Assembly: GCA_041752695.1 (NCBI GenBank)
Contig: JBGSVZ010000028.1
Coordinates: 11,299 to 75,298, forward strand
Length of the DNA stretch: 64,000 bases
Direction of reading: 5' to 3'
Origin: Terrimicrobiaceae bacterium
GTDB taxonomy: Bacteria; Verrucomicrobiota; Verrucomicrobiia; Chthoniobacterales; Terrimicrobiaceae
Shown: positions 16,781 to 25,886 of the stretch, piece by piece
How positions within the stretch are numbered: position 1 is the first letter of the stretch
Layout: every line of letters begins with the position of its first letter
Notes under the pieces: generated by a model
Databases searched by the model: none
Seen by the model: the letters and a program-made list of their open reading frames with translations, nothing else
Told to the model about the DNA's origin: nothing
Made by a program: the position numbers and the translations under genes

Positions 16781-18042
16781 TGCAGGCGCTCCCCGGTTTC
16801 CGGGATTTTTATCCCGACGCCTGCGCGCGGCGGAATTACATTCTGTCCACCTGGCGCGAGGTGGCTCGACGTTATGGCTACGTGGAATATGACGGGCCGG
16901 TCCTGGAGTCGGTCGAGCTTTACAAAAAAAAGAGCGGCGGCGAACTCGTCGGTCAGCTTTTCGACTTTGTGGACAAAGGCGAACGTCATGTGACGATGCG
17001 CCCGGAAATGACTCCCACGCTGGTCCGCATGGTGGCGGCGCGGGCGAAGGACTTTAAGAAACCCCTCAAGTGGTTCTGCTGTCCGCAGTTTTTCCGCTAC
17101 GAAAAGCAGCAGCGCGGCCGCGGGCGGGAGTTTTATCAGTTTAATGCCGACATTCTCGGCGAAGGCTCGCAAGCGGCGGACGCGGAGTTGCTTGCGCTGG
17201 TCGTGGACTTGCTCCGGGCGTTCGGATTTTCCAGCAAAGATTTTGTGGTGCGGCTGAGCAGCCGGGCGGCGTGGCAGGAGTTTTTTGCCCAGGCTGGAGG
17301 AAGGGCCGAGGACGAATACGAGTTTTTCCAGATCGTGGACAAGGCCGAACGCACGGCACCGGAAAAAACCAATGAGGCACTGGCGAAGTTCGGGCTGTCC
17401 GGTCTCACGGCCGAGAGCCTTCTGGGATTTATGCACAGCAAGGAGCCCGGCGGCCTGGCTCCCATTCTTGATGACCTCGCGGCGCGCGGGCTGGGGGAAT
17501 ATGTCGACGTGGATTATGCCATTGTGCGCGGACTTGCCTACTACACGGGCGTGGTCTGGGAGGTCTTCGACCGCAGCAAAAATGAACGCGCCCTGGCGGG
17601 TGGGGGACGGTATGACAATCTGCTGGGGCTTTTGAGCGACGGCAGGGTGGACCTGCCCGCCCTCGGCTTTGGCATGGGCGACATCGTGCTCGACAACCTG
17701 ATCGACGATACCCCGGCGGCGAAAGAAAAGCGGGACGCATGGACCGCCCAACAGCGGGCCTGTGACATCTATGTGATCGTGGCCAAGGAGGAACTGCGTC
17801 CCGCGGCGCTCGGCATCGTGCAAAGCCTCCGAGAAGCCGGCCTGCGCGTCGATTTTTCCCTGGCCCCGGCCAAGGTGGGCAAACAGTTCCAATCCGCCGA
17901 AACCCTCGGCGCTGAGCTGGCCGTGCTGGTCGGCGAGGAATGGCCGCAGGTGAAGGTGAAAACGCTGGCGACCCGCAGCGAGGAACTCATCCCCAACACG
18001 GAGCTTGCCGACTGGCTCCGAAATCGCCAAAAAGACACCTAA
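16780..18042 (+). CDS. hisS: Histidine--tRNA ligase
   Basis: PGFRDFYP, RPEMTPT, FRYEKQQRGRGREFYQ, VRGLAYYTG, GGGRYDNL. Confidence 0.97.
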   Translation: MQALPGFRDFYPDACARRNYILSTWREVARRYGYVEYDGPVLESVELYKKKSGGELVGQLFDFVDKGERHVTMRPEMTPTLVRMVAARAKDFKKPLKWFCCPQFFRYEKQQRGRGREFYQFNADILGEGSQAADAELLALVVDLLRAFGFSSKDFVVRLSSRAAWQEFFAQAGGRAEDEYEFFQIVDKAERTAPEKTNEALAKFGLSGLTAESLLGFMHSKEPGGLAPILDDLAARGLGEYVDVDYAIVRGLAYYTGVVWEVFDRSKNERALAGGGRYDNLLGLLSDGRVDLPALGFGMGDIVLDNLIDDTPAAKEKRDAWTAQQRACDIYVIVAKEELRPAALGIVQSLREAGLRVDFSLAPAKVGKQFQSAETLGAELAVLVGEEWPQVKVKTLATRSEELIPNTELADWLRNRQKDT

Positions 18043-18112
18043 CCACAGGGAGCACCGCCGACGTCAAGCAGGGGAAACCCAGACTTTTCGTCCCCGCTGC
18101 TTCCTGTGGTTA
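18040..18112. repeat. Long inverted repeat between hisS and aspS
   Basis: TAACCACAGGGAGCA (18040-18054) pairs with TGCTTCCTGTGGTTA (18098-18112), with one G-U pair; followed by ATTTTT. Confidence 0.65.
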
Positions 18113-18125
18113 ATTTTTCAACTTT

Positions 18126-19895
18126 ATGACTTACCGTTCACATCATTGCGGCGCTTTGCGCAAAACCGACGCGGGTTCCCGTGCCACTCTTTGCGGCTGG
18201 GTGGATTCCCGCCGCGACCATGGCGGCGTGGTTTTTATTGATCTGCGCGATCGCAATGGCATCACCCAGGTGGTTTTCCGGCCCGAGGAACACCCCGAAG
18301 CCGCCACCGCGGCGCATGGCCTCCGCAGCGAAGATGTCCTGCAACTCGCCGGAACCGTCGTGCCCCGCCTGGAAGGCACCGTGAACAGCAAACTTGCCAC
18401 GGGCGACATCGAAATTGTGGCCGACACGCTGACCATTCTGAACAAATCCGACGTGCTGCCGTTCCCGCTCGACGAGGATTCTGTGAACGAGGATCTCCGG
18501 CTGGAACACCGCTATCTTGACCTCCGTCGGCCGAGCATGGTGCGCAATCTCACCGTGCGTCACAAGGTGATCAAGGCCACCCGCGATTATTTTGACGCGC
18601 AGGGTTTTCTGGAAATTGAAACCCCGGTTCTGTCGAAGAGCACGCCGGAGGGCGCGCGGGAATTTCTCGTCCCGAGCCGCATTTTCCAAGGCAGCTTCTA
18701 CGCCCTGTCCCAGTCGCCGCAGCAATACAAACAGCTCCTCATGGTGGGCGGCATCGAAAAATATTTTCAGATCGCCAAGTGCTTTCGCGATGAAGATCCC
18801 CGCGCGGATCGCATCACGGAACTCACCCAAATCGACCTGGAGGCTTCCTTCATCACGCCCGACGATATTTACACGCTGATCGAAGGCTTGTTGGTTGACG
18901 TCTTCCGCTCGGCCCGTGGCGTTGAGATTCCCACGCCGTTTGATCGCCTCACCTATGACGAGGCGATGAACCGCTACGGCGTGGATAAGCCCGACCGGCG
19001 TTTCGGCCTCGAACTCGTGGACGTGGGCGACGTTTTTGGCGAGAGCCAGTTCAAAGTTTTCCGCGGCGCCCTCGATTCGGGCGGCGTGGTGAAAGCCATT
19101 AACGCCAAGAGTTTTGCCAGCATCACGACCGGACAGATCGAAAACCTCACCGAACTGGCCAAACAGTCCGGCGCCAAGGGCCTCGCTTTCATCAAGGTCG
19201 AAAACGGCGAGTGGAAATCCCCCATTGTGAAATTTTTCAGCGAGGCCGAAAAAGCTGCGCTCACCGAACGCCTCGCCATCGAGGAAGGAGACCTCATCCT
19301 CTTTGGGGCCGATGGCTGGGAAGCGGTTTGCACGGTGCTCGGTCGCATCCGCCTCCGGGTCGCGGAGATTCTCAAGTTGGTCAAGGATCCGTCTGAACTC
19401 AATTTTCTCTGGGTGGTCGATTTTCCGTTGCTGGCGTATAGCGCCGAGGAGCAGAAATGGAACGCCGTCCATCATCCCTTCACCCGGCCGAAAACCGAGG
19501 ACGTGCCGCTCATCGAGGCAGGCGAATACGCCAAAGTGCGCGCGCAGGCTTATGACGTGGTCCTGAACGGCGTGGAAATCGGCGGCGGCAGCATCCGGAT
19601 CCACGAGGCGGATCTCCAGGCGAAAATGTTCGAGGTTCTCGGCATCTCCCCGGAAAAACAACAGCTCCTGTTCCCGCATCTGCTCAAAGCCTTCAAATTC
19701 GGCGCGCCCCCGCATGGCGGCGTCGCTCTCGGCGTGGACCGCCTTGTTATGCTCGCCGTCGGCACAGAGAACATTCGTGATGTCGTCGCCTTCCCGAAAA
19801 ACAACCGCGGGGAAGACCTCATGATGGCGTCGCCGACGCCGGTCGAACCCCGCCAGTTGCGGGACCTCGGGTTGCAGGTGACCAAGAAGGCGTAG
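18126..19895 (+). CDS. aspS: Aspartate--tRNA ligase, probably non-discriminating (Asp/Asn)
   Basis: RSHHCG, RRDHGGVVFIDLRD, STPEGARE, QSPQQYKQLLM, GAPPHGG; His in RRDHG and Gly in RLEG are typical of ND-AspRS. Confidence 0.96.
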   Translation: MTYRSHHCGALRKTDAGSRATLCGWVDSRRDHGGVVFIDLRDRNGITQVVFRPEEHPEAATAAHGLRSEDVLQLAGTVVPRLEGTVNSKLATGDIEIVADTLTILNKSDVLPFPLDEDSVNEDLRLEHRYLDLRRPSMVRNLTVRHKVIKATRDYFDAQGFLEIETPVLSKSTPEGAREFLVPSRIFQGSFYALSQSPQQYKQLLMVGGIEKYFQIAKCFRDEDPRADRITELTQIDLEASFITPDDIYTLIEGLLVDVFRSARGVEIPTPFDRLTYDEAMNRYGVDKPDRRFGLELVDVGDVFGESQFKVFRGALDSGGVVKAINAKSFASITTGQIENLTELAKQSGAKGLAFIKVENGEWKSPIVKFFSEAEKAALTERLAIEEGDLILFGADGWEAVCTVLGRIRLRVAEILKLVKDPSELNFLWVVDFPLLAYSAEEQKWNAVHHPFTRPKTEDVPLIEAGEYAKVRAQAYDVVLNGVEIGGGSIRIHEADLQAKMFEVLGISPEKQQLLFPHLLKAFKFGAPPHGGVALGVDRLVMLAVGTENIRDVVAFPKNNRGEDLMMASPTPVEPRQLRDLGLQVTKKA

Positions 19896-19925
19896 CTCCA
19901 GGCCGGGGCGGATTTTCCTCCCGAC

Positions 19926-20468
19926 TCAGTGCGCTCCCTGCAGGACGATTTCTGTGATGGCGGCGGTCGGGAATTTTGTTCCGGGGTAGATTTCCAATAT
20001 CTCCAGGCTGAGGGTGTCGCCGACATTGAGAAAGATGTCGTCGAACTCCGCCTGCTGCCAGCGTCGTGTGTCGTCCCAGTGGATGGTGTGCACGGGTTTT
20101 CCATTATGCGAGAGCCGCAGGCTTTTGATCCGGCCATATTCGGCGAAGGCCGCCGCCGGGCGCTGACGGCCGTTGGCCAGGTCGATGCCGTAAAAGGGCG
20201 TGCCATTGAGTTCGCGGGGCAGATCCTTGGGAAACTGGAACACCAGCATGTCGCCGACCCGGGCACCGGTCCAAGCCGTGCCGGCTTCGCTGTCGTTCAG
20301 AGCCGCCAGTTTCTCGTTGGACGCTTCGGCATTCCAGGGGAAAGAACAGGTGAGGGAACAGCCGCCCATCAATTCCTGGACCACCGGTGGACCGGGGCTG
20401 GCCCGGATGTCGGAGGCCACCGCAAGGCCGCTTGCGGAAACCGTCAAGGCGAGCAGCAGAAAAATCAT
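19926..20468 (-). CDS. Secreted discoidin/NADase-type glycan-binding domain protein
   Basis: Signal peptide; LND...TAW, NG...F..YGRIKSL, LEILEIYPGTKF..AAITEI. Confidence 0.68.
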   Translation of the reverse strand: MIFLLLALTVSASGLAVASDIRASPGPPVVQELMGGCSLTCSFPWNAEASNEKLAALNDSEAGTAWTGARVGDMLVFQFPKDLPRELNGTPFYGIDLANGRQRPAAAFAEYGRIKSLRLSHNGKPVHTIHWDDTRRWQQAEFDDIFLNVGDTLSLEILEIYPGTKFPTAAITEIVLQGAH

Positions 20469-20575
20469 CCAGCTGATCGTATCGCCGAAAGTGCCCCCTC
20501 ACAAGAAATCCCCGTGCGCGAAAAAATGAGGATAACGGGAAACTTCAATTTGCCCGGGGAGTTCAATCTTTCACC

Positions 20576-21544
20576 ATGACTAAGACCCTCCTCTTTGCCT
20601 CGCTGTTCATGACGGTCTTCAATGTCTGCGGCCAGACCCCGCCTGCCCAGCCCGCCACCGGTCCCGGCGGCCGGGACTATGTGCATGGAAAAGTCTCCCG
20701 TTCCGGACCCTTTGGCAAAGGGGCACTGGCGTATTATCTTTTCGAACCCGCCCAACCGAAGCCCCGCCTGGCCCCGGTCGTAGTTTTCCTGCACGGGTAT
20801 CAGGCCGTCAGTCCGGACGCCTACCTTGGATGGATCGGACACTTGGTGCGGCGGGGCAATACGGTCGTTTTCCCGGTGTACCAAAACTCTGCCGGTGACG
20901 CTGTGTCCTATACGGGCAACGCCATTTCCACCATCCAGTCAGCTCTGGAGCGGCTTCGCACGCAATCCGGCCGCGTCCGACCTGAGGCCGGAAAGTTTGC
21001 CTTGGTGGGGCATTCGCTCGGCGCGACTCTCGCCGCGAACGTGGCGGGTCTGGCGGCGGATCGCGGGCTGCCGACACCTGGAGCCGTGTTCTTAGCGAAT
21101 GCGGGTGACGCAAATTCGCTACTTCCAGGTATCCCGTCCGTCCTGCTGCCTCCGGAGAATATTCCCAATCTCCTAATGATCGGAGTGGTCGGAGAGGAGG
21201 ACGTTGTCACCGGTGATGGTCCGACAGTTTGGGTTCTGGACGGTGCATCCGGGGTGCCGCCGGAAAACCGTAATCTAATTCGTCTGCGGACGGACGACTA
21301 CGGCACGCCGGACTTGCTGGCCGATCACGGTGCCCCGCTGTCCACCACGGCGGGCGGACGCCGTAGCAACGGAGCGGACGCCTTCGACTTTCTCGGATAT
21401 TGGAAATGGCTGGACGCCCTGCTGGATGCGGCATTCCGGGGCGAGAATCGGAACGTCGCCCTCGGGGATTCCGAAGAGCAACGGTTCCTCGGACAATGGA
21501 GTGATGGCACTCCCGTGACCGAGCCCCTGGTGGAAACGTATTAG
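20576..21544 (+). CDS. Secreted alpha/beta hydrolase (chlorophyllase-like)
   Basis: PVVVFLHGY, GHSLG nucleophile, GEED, ADHGAP. Confidence 0.82.
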   Translation: MTKTLLFASLFMTVFNVCGQTPPAQPATGPGGRDYVHGKVSRSGPFGKGALAYYLFEPAQPKPRLAPVVVFLHGYQAVSPDAYLGWIGHLVRRGNTVVFPVYQNSAGDAVSYTGNAISTIQSALERLRTQSGRVRPEAGKFALVGHSLGATLAANVAGLAADRGLPTPGAVFLANAGDANSLLPGIPSVLLPPENIPNLLMIGVVGEEDVVTGDGPTVWVLDGASGVPPENRNLIRLRTDDYGTPDLLADHGAPLSTTAGGRRSNGADAFDFLGYWKWLDALLDAAFRGENRNVALGDSEEQRFLGQWSDGTPVTEPLVETY

Positions 21545-21583
21545 TCCTGCCCTAGGGCGCGGCTGCTGGAAGTTGTCAGTCCC

Positions 21584-22780
21584 TTACGCCGCAGGCGGAA
21601 GGCTGGGAATGGCGCGCATCGGTTCCGCTTCCGCGTCGTAATTCACTCCTTCCAACCCGAAACCGAAGAGTCGGTAAAATTCGCTTTGGTAACCGGCGAA
21701 ATCCGAAACCTCGTCGATCGTTTCGGTGGAAACGGTCTCCCAGACTTTCTGCACCTCGGACTGCACGTCCTCCCGCATTTCCCAGTCGTCAATCCTGACG
21801 CGTCCTTTGTCGTCAAGCCGGGGGCCGGTGGGTGAACCGTAGTGGTCCGCGAAGAGCCGATGGATCTGCTCGATGCAGCCCTCGTGCAGGCCCTTTGCTT
21901 TCATCACTTTGTAAAGAATCGAAATGTAAAGCGGCACGACAGGGATCGCCGAACTGGCCTGAGTGACAAGAGCTTTGTTCACCGAAACCAAGGCAGTCCC
22001 CGCGCCGAACCGGGCGTTCATGGCTTTCGCCGTCTCCTCCAGATGTTGTTTGGCCCGGCCGATGGTGCCGTCGGTGTAAATGGCCCAGGTCAATTCGGGC
22101 CCGATATAGGAATAAGCGGCGGTTTTGAATCCGTCCGCGAGCACTCCGGCCTCCGCCATGGCATCGATCCAAAGCTGCCAGTCCTCTCCGCCCATTACCT
22201 TTACGGTATGAAGAATTTCCTCCTCGGTGGCAGGTTCAATCGTCACCGTCTCAATCGTTTTTTTATCAGTGTTGAGATTTTTGTTGGTGAAGGTTTCGCC
22301 AGTGGGTTTCAGCACGGACCGATACACGTCGCCTGTCACCGGGTCGGTTCGGCGCGGAGAGGCCAGGCTGTAGATGATCATGTCGATCTGCCCGAGATCT
22401 GCCTTGATCGCCGCGATCACCGCCTGCTTCATCTCCGGAGAAAACGCGTCGCCGTTGAAACTCCTGGCGTAGAGCCCGTCCTGCTTGGCAGCCTCCTCGA
22501 AAGCTGCGGAGTTATACCACCCGGCTGATGCCGTTTTTTTCTCCACGGGCTCTTTCTCGAAAAAGACGCCCACCGTGGAGGCCCCGCCGCCGAAGGCCGC
22601 GACGATCCGGGAAGCCAGACCGTAGCCGGTGGACGAGCCCACCACCAAAACCCGCTTGGGAGCGTCCTCCAGCGGACGCTGGGATTTCACGTAGGTGATC
22701 TGTTCCTGCACATGGGCCGCGCATCCGTCGGGATGAGCTGTCGTGCAAATGAAACCGCGAATCTTTGGGGTGATAATCAT
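21584..22780 (-). CDS. fabV: Enoyl-ACP reductase FabV / trans-2-enoyl-CoA reductase
   Basis: MIITPKIRGFICTTAHPDGC, GSSTGYGLASRI, YSLASPRR, KVMGGEDW, HEGCIEQ. Confidence 0.95.
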   Translation of the reverse strand: MIITPKIRGFICTTAHPDGCAAHVQEQITYVKSQRPLEDAPKRVLVVGSSTGYGLASRIVAAFGGGASTVGVFFEKEPVEKKTASAGWYNSAAFEEAAKQDGLYARSFNGDAFSPEMKQAVIAAIKADLGQIDMIIYSLASPRRTDPVTGDVYRSVLKPTGETFTNKNLNTDKKTIETVTIEPATEEEILHTVKVMGGEDWQLWIDAMAEAGVLADGFKTAAYSYIGPELTWAIYTDGTIGRAKQHLEETAKAMNARFGAGTALVSVNKALVTQASSAIPVVPLYISILYKVMKAKGLHEGCIEQIHRLFADHYGSPTGPRLDDKGRVRIDDWEMREDVQSEVQKVWETVSTETIDEVSDFAGYQSEFYRLFGFGLEGVNYDAEAEPMRAIPSLPPAA

Positions 22781-22880
22781 CGTGCTCGCTTCTGAGGATT
22801 TTCGCGCCCGTTGGCAAGACTTTGCGCGCCTGATGGCGGCATCTTGACGCCGGGGCAGGGGTCTGTCAGGTTCGGACTTT

Positions 22881-23270
22881 ATGACGAAAAATTTGCGGCC
22901 GGCGACGGGTTGGGTTCTTGCCCTGGTAGTGATGATAAGCGCGGTGGCCACAGGCTTGGCGGCCAGCGACCTCGATTTCACCATCGTGAACAAAACGGGT
23001 TATGCCATCCGGGAGATTTATATTGCCCCTTCGTCCCAGGAGGAGTGGACGGAAGACGATAAAAATGTGCTGCCCCGCAGCTTGAAGGACGAGGAGAGCG
23101 TCGACATTACCTTCAGCCCCAAGGCGACGGCGGCCAAATGGGATCTCAAAATTGTTTGGGTGGACGGGGGCGACGCGGTCGAGTGGCTCGGATTTGATCT
23201 GACGGAAATTTCCAAAATCACCCTTTTCTACGACGAAAAATCGGAAAAGACGACGGCCGAGACCGAATAG
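22881..23270 (+). CDS. Secreted hypothetical protein (small beta-sandwich family)
   Basis: Signal peptide; DFTIVNKTGYAIREIYIAPS..EEW...WDLKIVWVDG. Confidence 0.75.
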   Translation: MTKNLRPATGWVLALVVMISAVATGLAASDLDFTIVNKTGYAIREIYIAPSSQEEWTEDDKNVLPRSLKDEESVDITFSPKATAAKWDLKIVWVDGGDAVEWLGFDLTEISKITLFYDEKSEKTTAETE

Positions 23271-23296
23271 ACGAAAAGCCGAACACCAAATTTTTT

Positions 23297-23386
23297 ATGG
23301 GCAAAGGTAATAATAGCAAACGCAAGGAAGTGAAAAAACCCAAGCAGGAGAAACCCAAGCCGCAACCCGGCGGCAAGAGGGCCTGA
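23297..23386 (+). CDS. Small basic protein (29 aa), not in the ORF track
   Basis: MGKGNNSKRKEVKKPKQEKPKPQPGGKRA*; AT-rich leader; followed by a 10-bp hairpin. Confidence 0.6.
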   Translation: MGKGNNSKRKEVKKPKQEKPKPQPGGKRA

Positions 23387-23409
23387 TCACCTCCGTTTCG
23401 GAATTTTTC

Positions 23410-23435
23410 CCGCGATTCCACTTCAGGAATCGCGG
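23410..23435 (+). terminator. Perfect 10-bp hairpin, possible terminator or processing site
   Basis: CCGCGATTCC-ACTTCA-GGAATCGCGG; no clear U-tract follows. Confidence 0.4.
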
Positions 23436-23465
23436 TCAACAGGGAATGCGCCCCGGGGGTTTTTC

Positions 23466-25001
23466 GTGAAAAAAGAAAATCCCTCCAAGGAGTTATACCA
23501 ACGGTTGCGGCGGCTTTCCTGCGAGCAACTTTGGTCCACAGAGGTGACGGCCTTTGACCGGGCGGATCGGCCCGGCCGTTTGCAAAACGTCGCGGTGGTT
23601 CGTGCGGTCGGGGTGGTATTTTCCGAATCGGGAACGCCGGATGAGCAGGAGCGTGCGCGGGCGTGGCTGCGTGCCCTGCTGCGTGATCCCGAGGAAAAAG
23701 TCCGCCGTTACGCCATGAATGCCCTGCCCAAGTTGGGGGGCGCGTCCGGGGAGGAAGGCGAATTGCTGTCGCTCCTGGAAACAACCTCTTCGGAGCGGGA
23801 GAAATATTCCCTGGCCCGGACTCTGGAAAAGATCGGCGGCAGTGAGACCCTGGGCACGGCGGAAGGCCGGCTCGCTCCGCAAATTCTGCGCAAGGTGGCG
23901 GCCAATGTGGCCCGGGTGGAAAACCCCAGCAGGGTGCGAATGGATGGGGCGCTGGGCGACTTTGCCGGGTTGAATATTCATCTGCATTGCCGCGAGGGGC
24001 TGGAGGAAATTGTCGCGGCGGAGGTGGACCAAAGGGTCCGCGAGGGAGCGCCGTTTCGCCGCGTTCGTTGCAGCGAGGGCCTCGTGACGGTCACGCCCCG
24101 GGGTCCTTTTACGCTGGGTGATCTTTTTGCCCTCCGGTGTTTCGGGTATCTGGGAATCGAGCCGGGAAAGGTCTCATCCGCGTCACCGGATGAAGTGGAA
24201 AATCTGGCCGCGGTCCTGGCATCGCCCGACACGCTCCGCGTGCTGGAGGCGTTCACCGAGGGGCCATTGCGCTACCGGCTGGAATTTGTTTCGAAGGGTC
24301 ATCAGCGCTCAACCGTAAGGCGGTTGGGGGATCGGGTGTATGCCCTGAATCCAGCCCTGTTAAACGATTCGCGCGATGCGCCATGGCAGATTAACGTCCG
24401 CCATCACTCGCGCGGGTGTTCGCTGGAAGTCACGCCCCGACTGCGTCCCGATCCGCGTTTTGCCTATCGCCTGGGAGATGTGCCGGCCGCCTCGCATCCT
24501 CCGCTGGCGGCCTGTCTGGCCCGCATCGCCGGCAAGGTGTCCGAGGAAATCGTCTGGGATCCTTTTTGCGGCTCCGGCCTGGAACTCATCGAACGCTCCC
24601 TCCTGGGCGGAGTCGTTCGGGTGTTCGGCACCGACCTCAGTGCCGGCGCGCTGGAAATGGCCGGGCTCAATCTGGCGGAGGCGGTGGCCGACGTTCCGGT
24701 GACGCTGGCGTGTTGCGATTTTCGGGACCACGCCTCGGTGGAGGGATTGGGCGTGAACTCGGTGTCTCTGGTGGTGACCAATCCGCCGCTGGGCCGACGG
24801 GTTCCGATTTCCGATTTGCCGGGGTTGATCTATTCGCTCTTCACTGCGGCTGTTCGGGTGCTCCGGCCCGGAGGCCGACTCGTTTTTGTCAATCCGACCT
24901 CCGCTCATCCCGGGGGCCTGCCGCTCCGGCAGGACGACCGCCGCCGCATCGACCTCGGGGGGTTCCACTGCCATCTGGAGCGCTACACGAAGGTGGGTTA
25001 A
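23466..25001 (+). CDS. HEAT-repeat protein fused to a putative RNA methyltransferase (RlmL/Trm14-like)
   Basis: N-terminal LLRDPEEKVRRYAMNALPKLG helical repeats; LHCREGLEEIVAAE; SAM motif WDPFCGSG; VVTNPPLG. Confidence 0.78.
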   Translation: MKKENPSKELYQRLRRLSCEQLWSTEVTAFDRADRPGRLQNVAVVRAVGVVFSESGTPDEQERARAWLRALLRDPEEKVRRYAMNALPKLGGASGEEGELLSLLETTSSEREKYSLARTLEKIGGSETLGTAEGRLAPQILRKVAANVARVENPSRVRMDGALGDFAGLNIHLHCREGLEEIVAAEVDQRVREGAPFRRVRCSEGLVTVTPRGPFTLGDLFALRCFGYLGIEPGKVSSASPDEVENLAAVLASPDTLRVLEAFTEGPLRYRLEFVSKGHQRSTVRRLGDRVYALNPALLNDSRDAPWQINVRHHSRGCSLEVTPRLRPDPRFAYRLGDVPAASHPPLAACLARIAGKVSEEIVWDPFCGSGLELIERSLLGGVVRVFGTDLSAGALEMAGLNLAEAVADVPVTLACCDFRDHASVEGLGVNSVSLVVTNPPLGRRVPISDLPGLIYSLFTAAVRVLRPGGRLVFVNPTSAHPGGLPLRQDDRRRIDLGGFHCHLERYTKVG

Positions 25002-25879
25002 TTCGCCGGCCAAACCGCCTCCAGCAAACCGTCCGGAATCCCGACAGGTTGGGGGAGTTTTTTCACCGCGTCCTGCCATTCCGGAGGCATGGGAGGATCT
25101 TCGCCGCTTCGTGTGCCTCCGGCGATTTTTCCGGAAATGGCAAAGGCCACGGGTCCTTCCGTGACCTGCACGGGAGGGATTGCCTCCAGTTTTTCGCGCA
25201 GGGACTGCAGCGTCTTGGCGTCCAGGTTTGAGCCCGAGAGCCAGACCCGGGACTTCCCGCCGGGCCGCACTGCCACCACCACGTCGAGAGTGTCGGCCCG
25301 GGTGGTTTCCGCAAAAGTTTCGGAGACGGTGGTTTGTAATTTTTCCAGGTAGGCCGCGAGGTGTCCCGCGCCCGGCAAACGTTTCTGCACTACGTCGTCG
25401 GGTTGATAGAGCACGATATTTGTGGTCTCGAAACCCGACCTGACGATGTCGAACTTAAATTCCTGGGCAGCCGTCGTCGCCACGGGTTTTCCCTTCACTG
25501 TTCCCGGGACAAAACGCCACTCGTCCATTGCGGCTAAGGCGGTCTGATTGAGCGCCTCGTGAGTTGTCCTTAGCACCACCGGATGTTCCACCAGACCCTC
25601 CGCCGAGATGATGTATGCAATGAGAACATATCCCTCGAGGGGTTCACCCTCGGGCGATTGCGCGGCGGTGGGCAGGGTTCCCACGACAGGTTTGGGCGAC
25701 ACATATCCCGCCGCAGCGGTGATGTCCGTCACGGCAAACTTCTCCGCGTAGATTTTTTTTACCGCACGGTCCAACGGCGTATCCCCGGCTTCCGCGTTGT
25801 TGTACACCACCGGTTTCTGCTGGGCCTGGGCGATGCATCCGAAAGCCAGCGATACCACCAGAACGAGAAGCGTTTTCAC
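24998..25879 (-). CDS. Secreted protein with a TonB C-terminal domain
   Basis: GTG start and signal peptide; EGYVLIAYIISAEGLV..PVVL...ALAAMDEWRFVPGTVKGKPV. Confidence 0.75.
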   Translation of the reverse strand: MKTLLVLVVSLAFGCIAQAQQKPVVYNNAEAGDTPLDRAVKKIYAEKFAVTDITAAAGYVSPKPVVGTLPTAAQSPEGEPLEGYVLIAYIISAEGLVEHPVVLRTTHEALNQTALAAMDEWRFVPGTVKGKPVATTAAQEFKFDIVRSGFETTNIVLYQPDDVVQKRLPGAGHLAAYLEKLQTTVSETFAETTRADTLDVVVAVRPGGKSRVWLSGSNLDAKTLQSLREKLEAIPPVQVTEGPVAFAISGKIAGGTRSGEDPPMPPEWQDAVKKLPQPVGIPDGLLEAVWPAN

Positions 25880-25886
25880 CCCGCGA

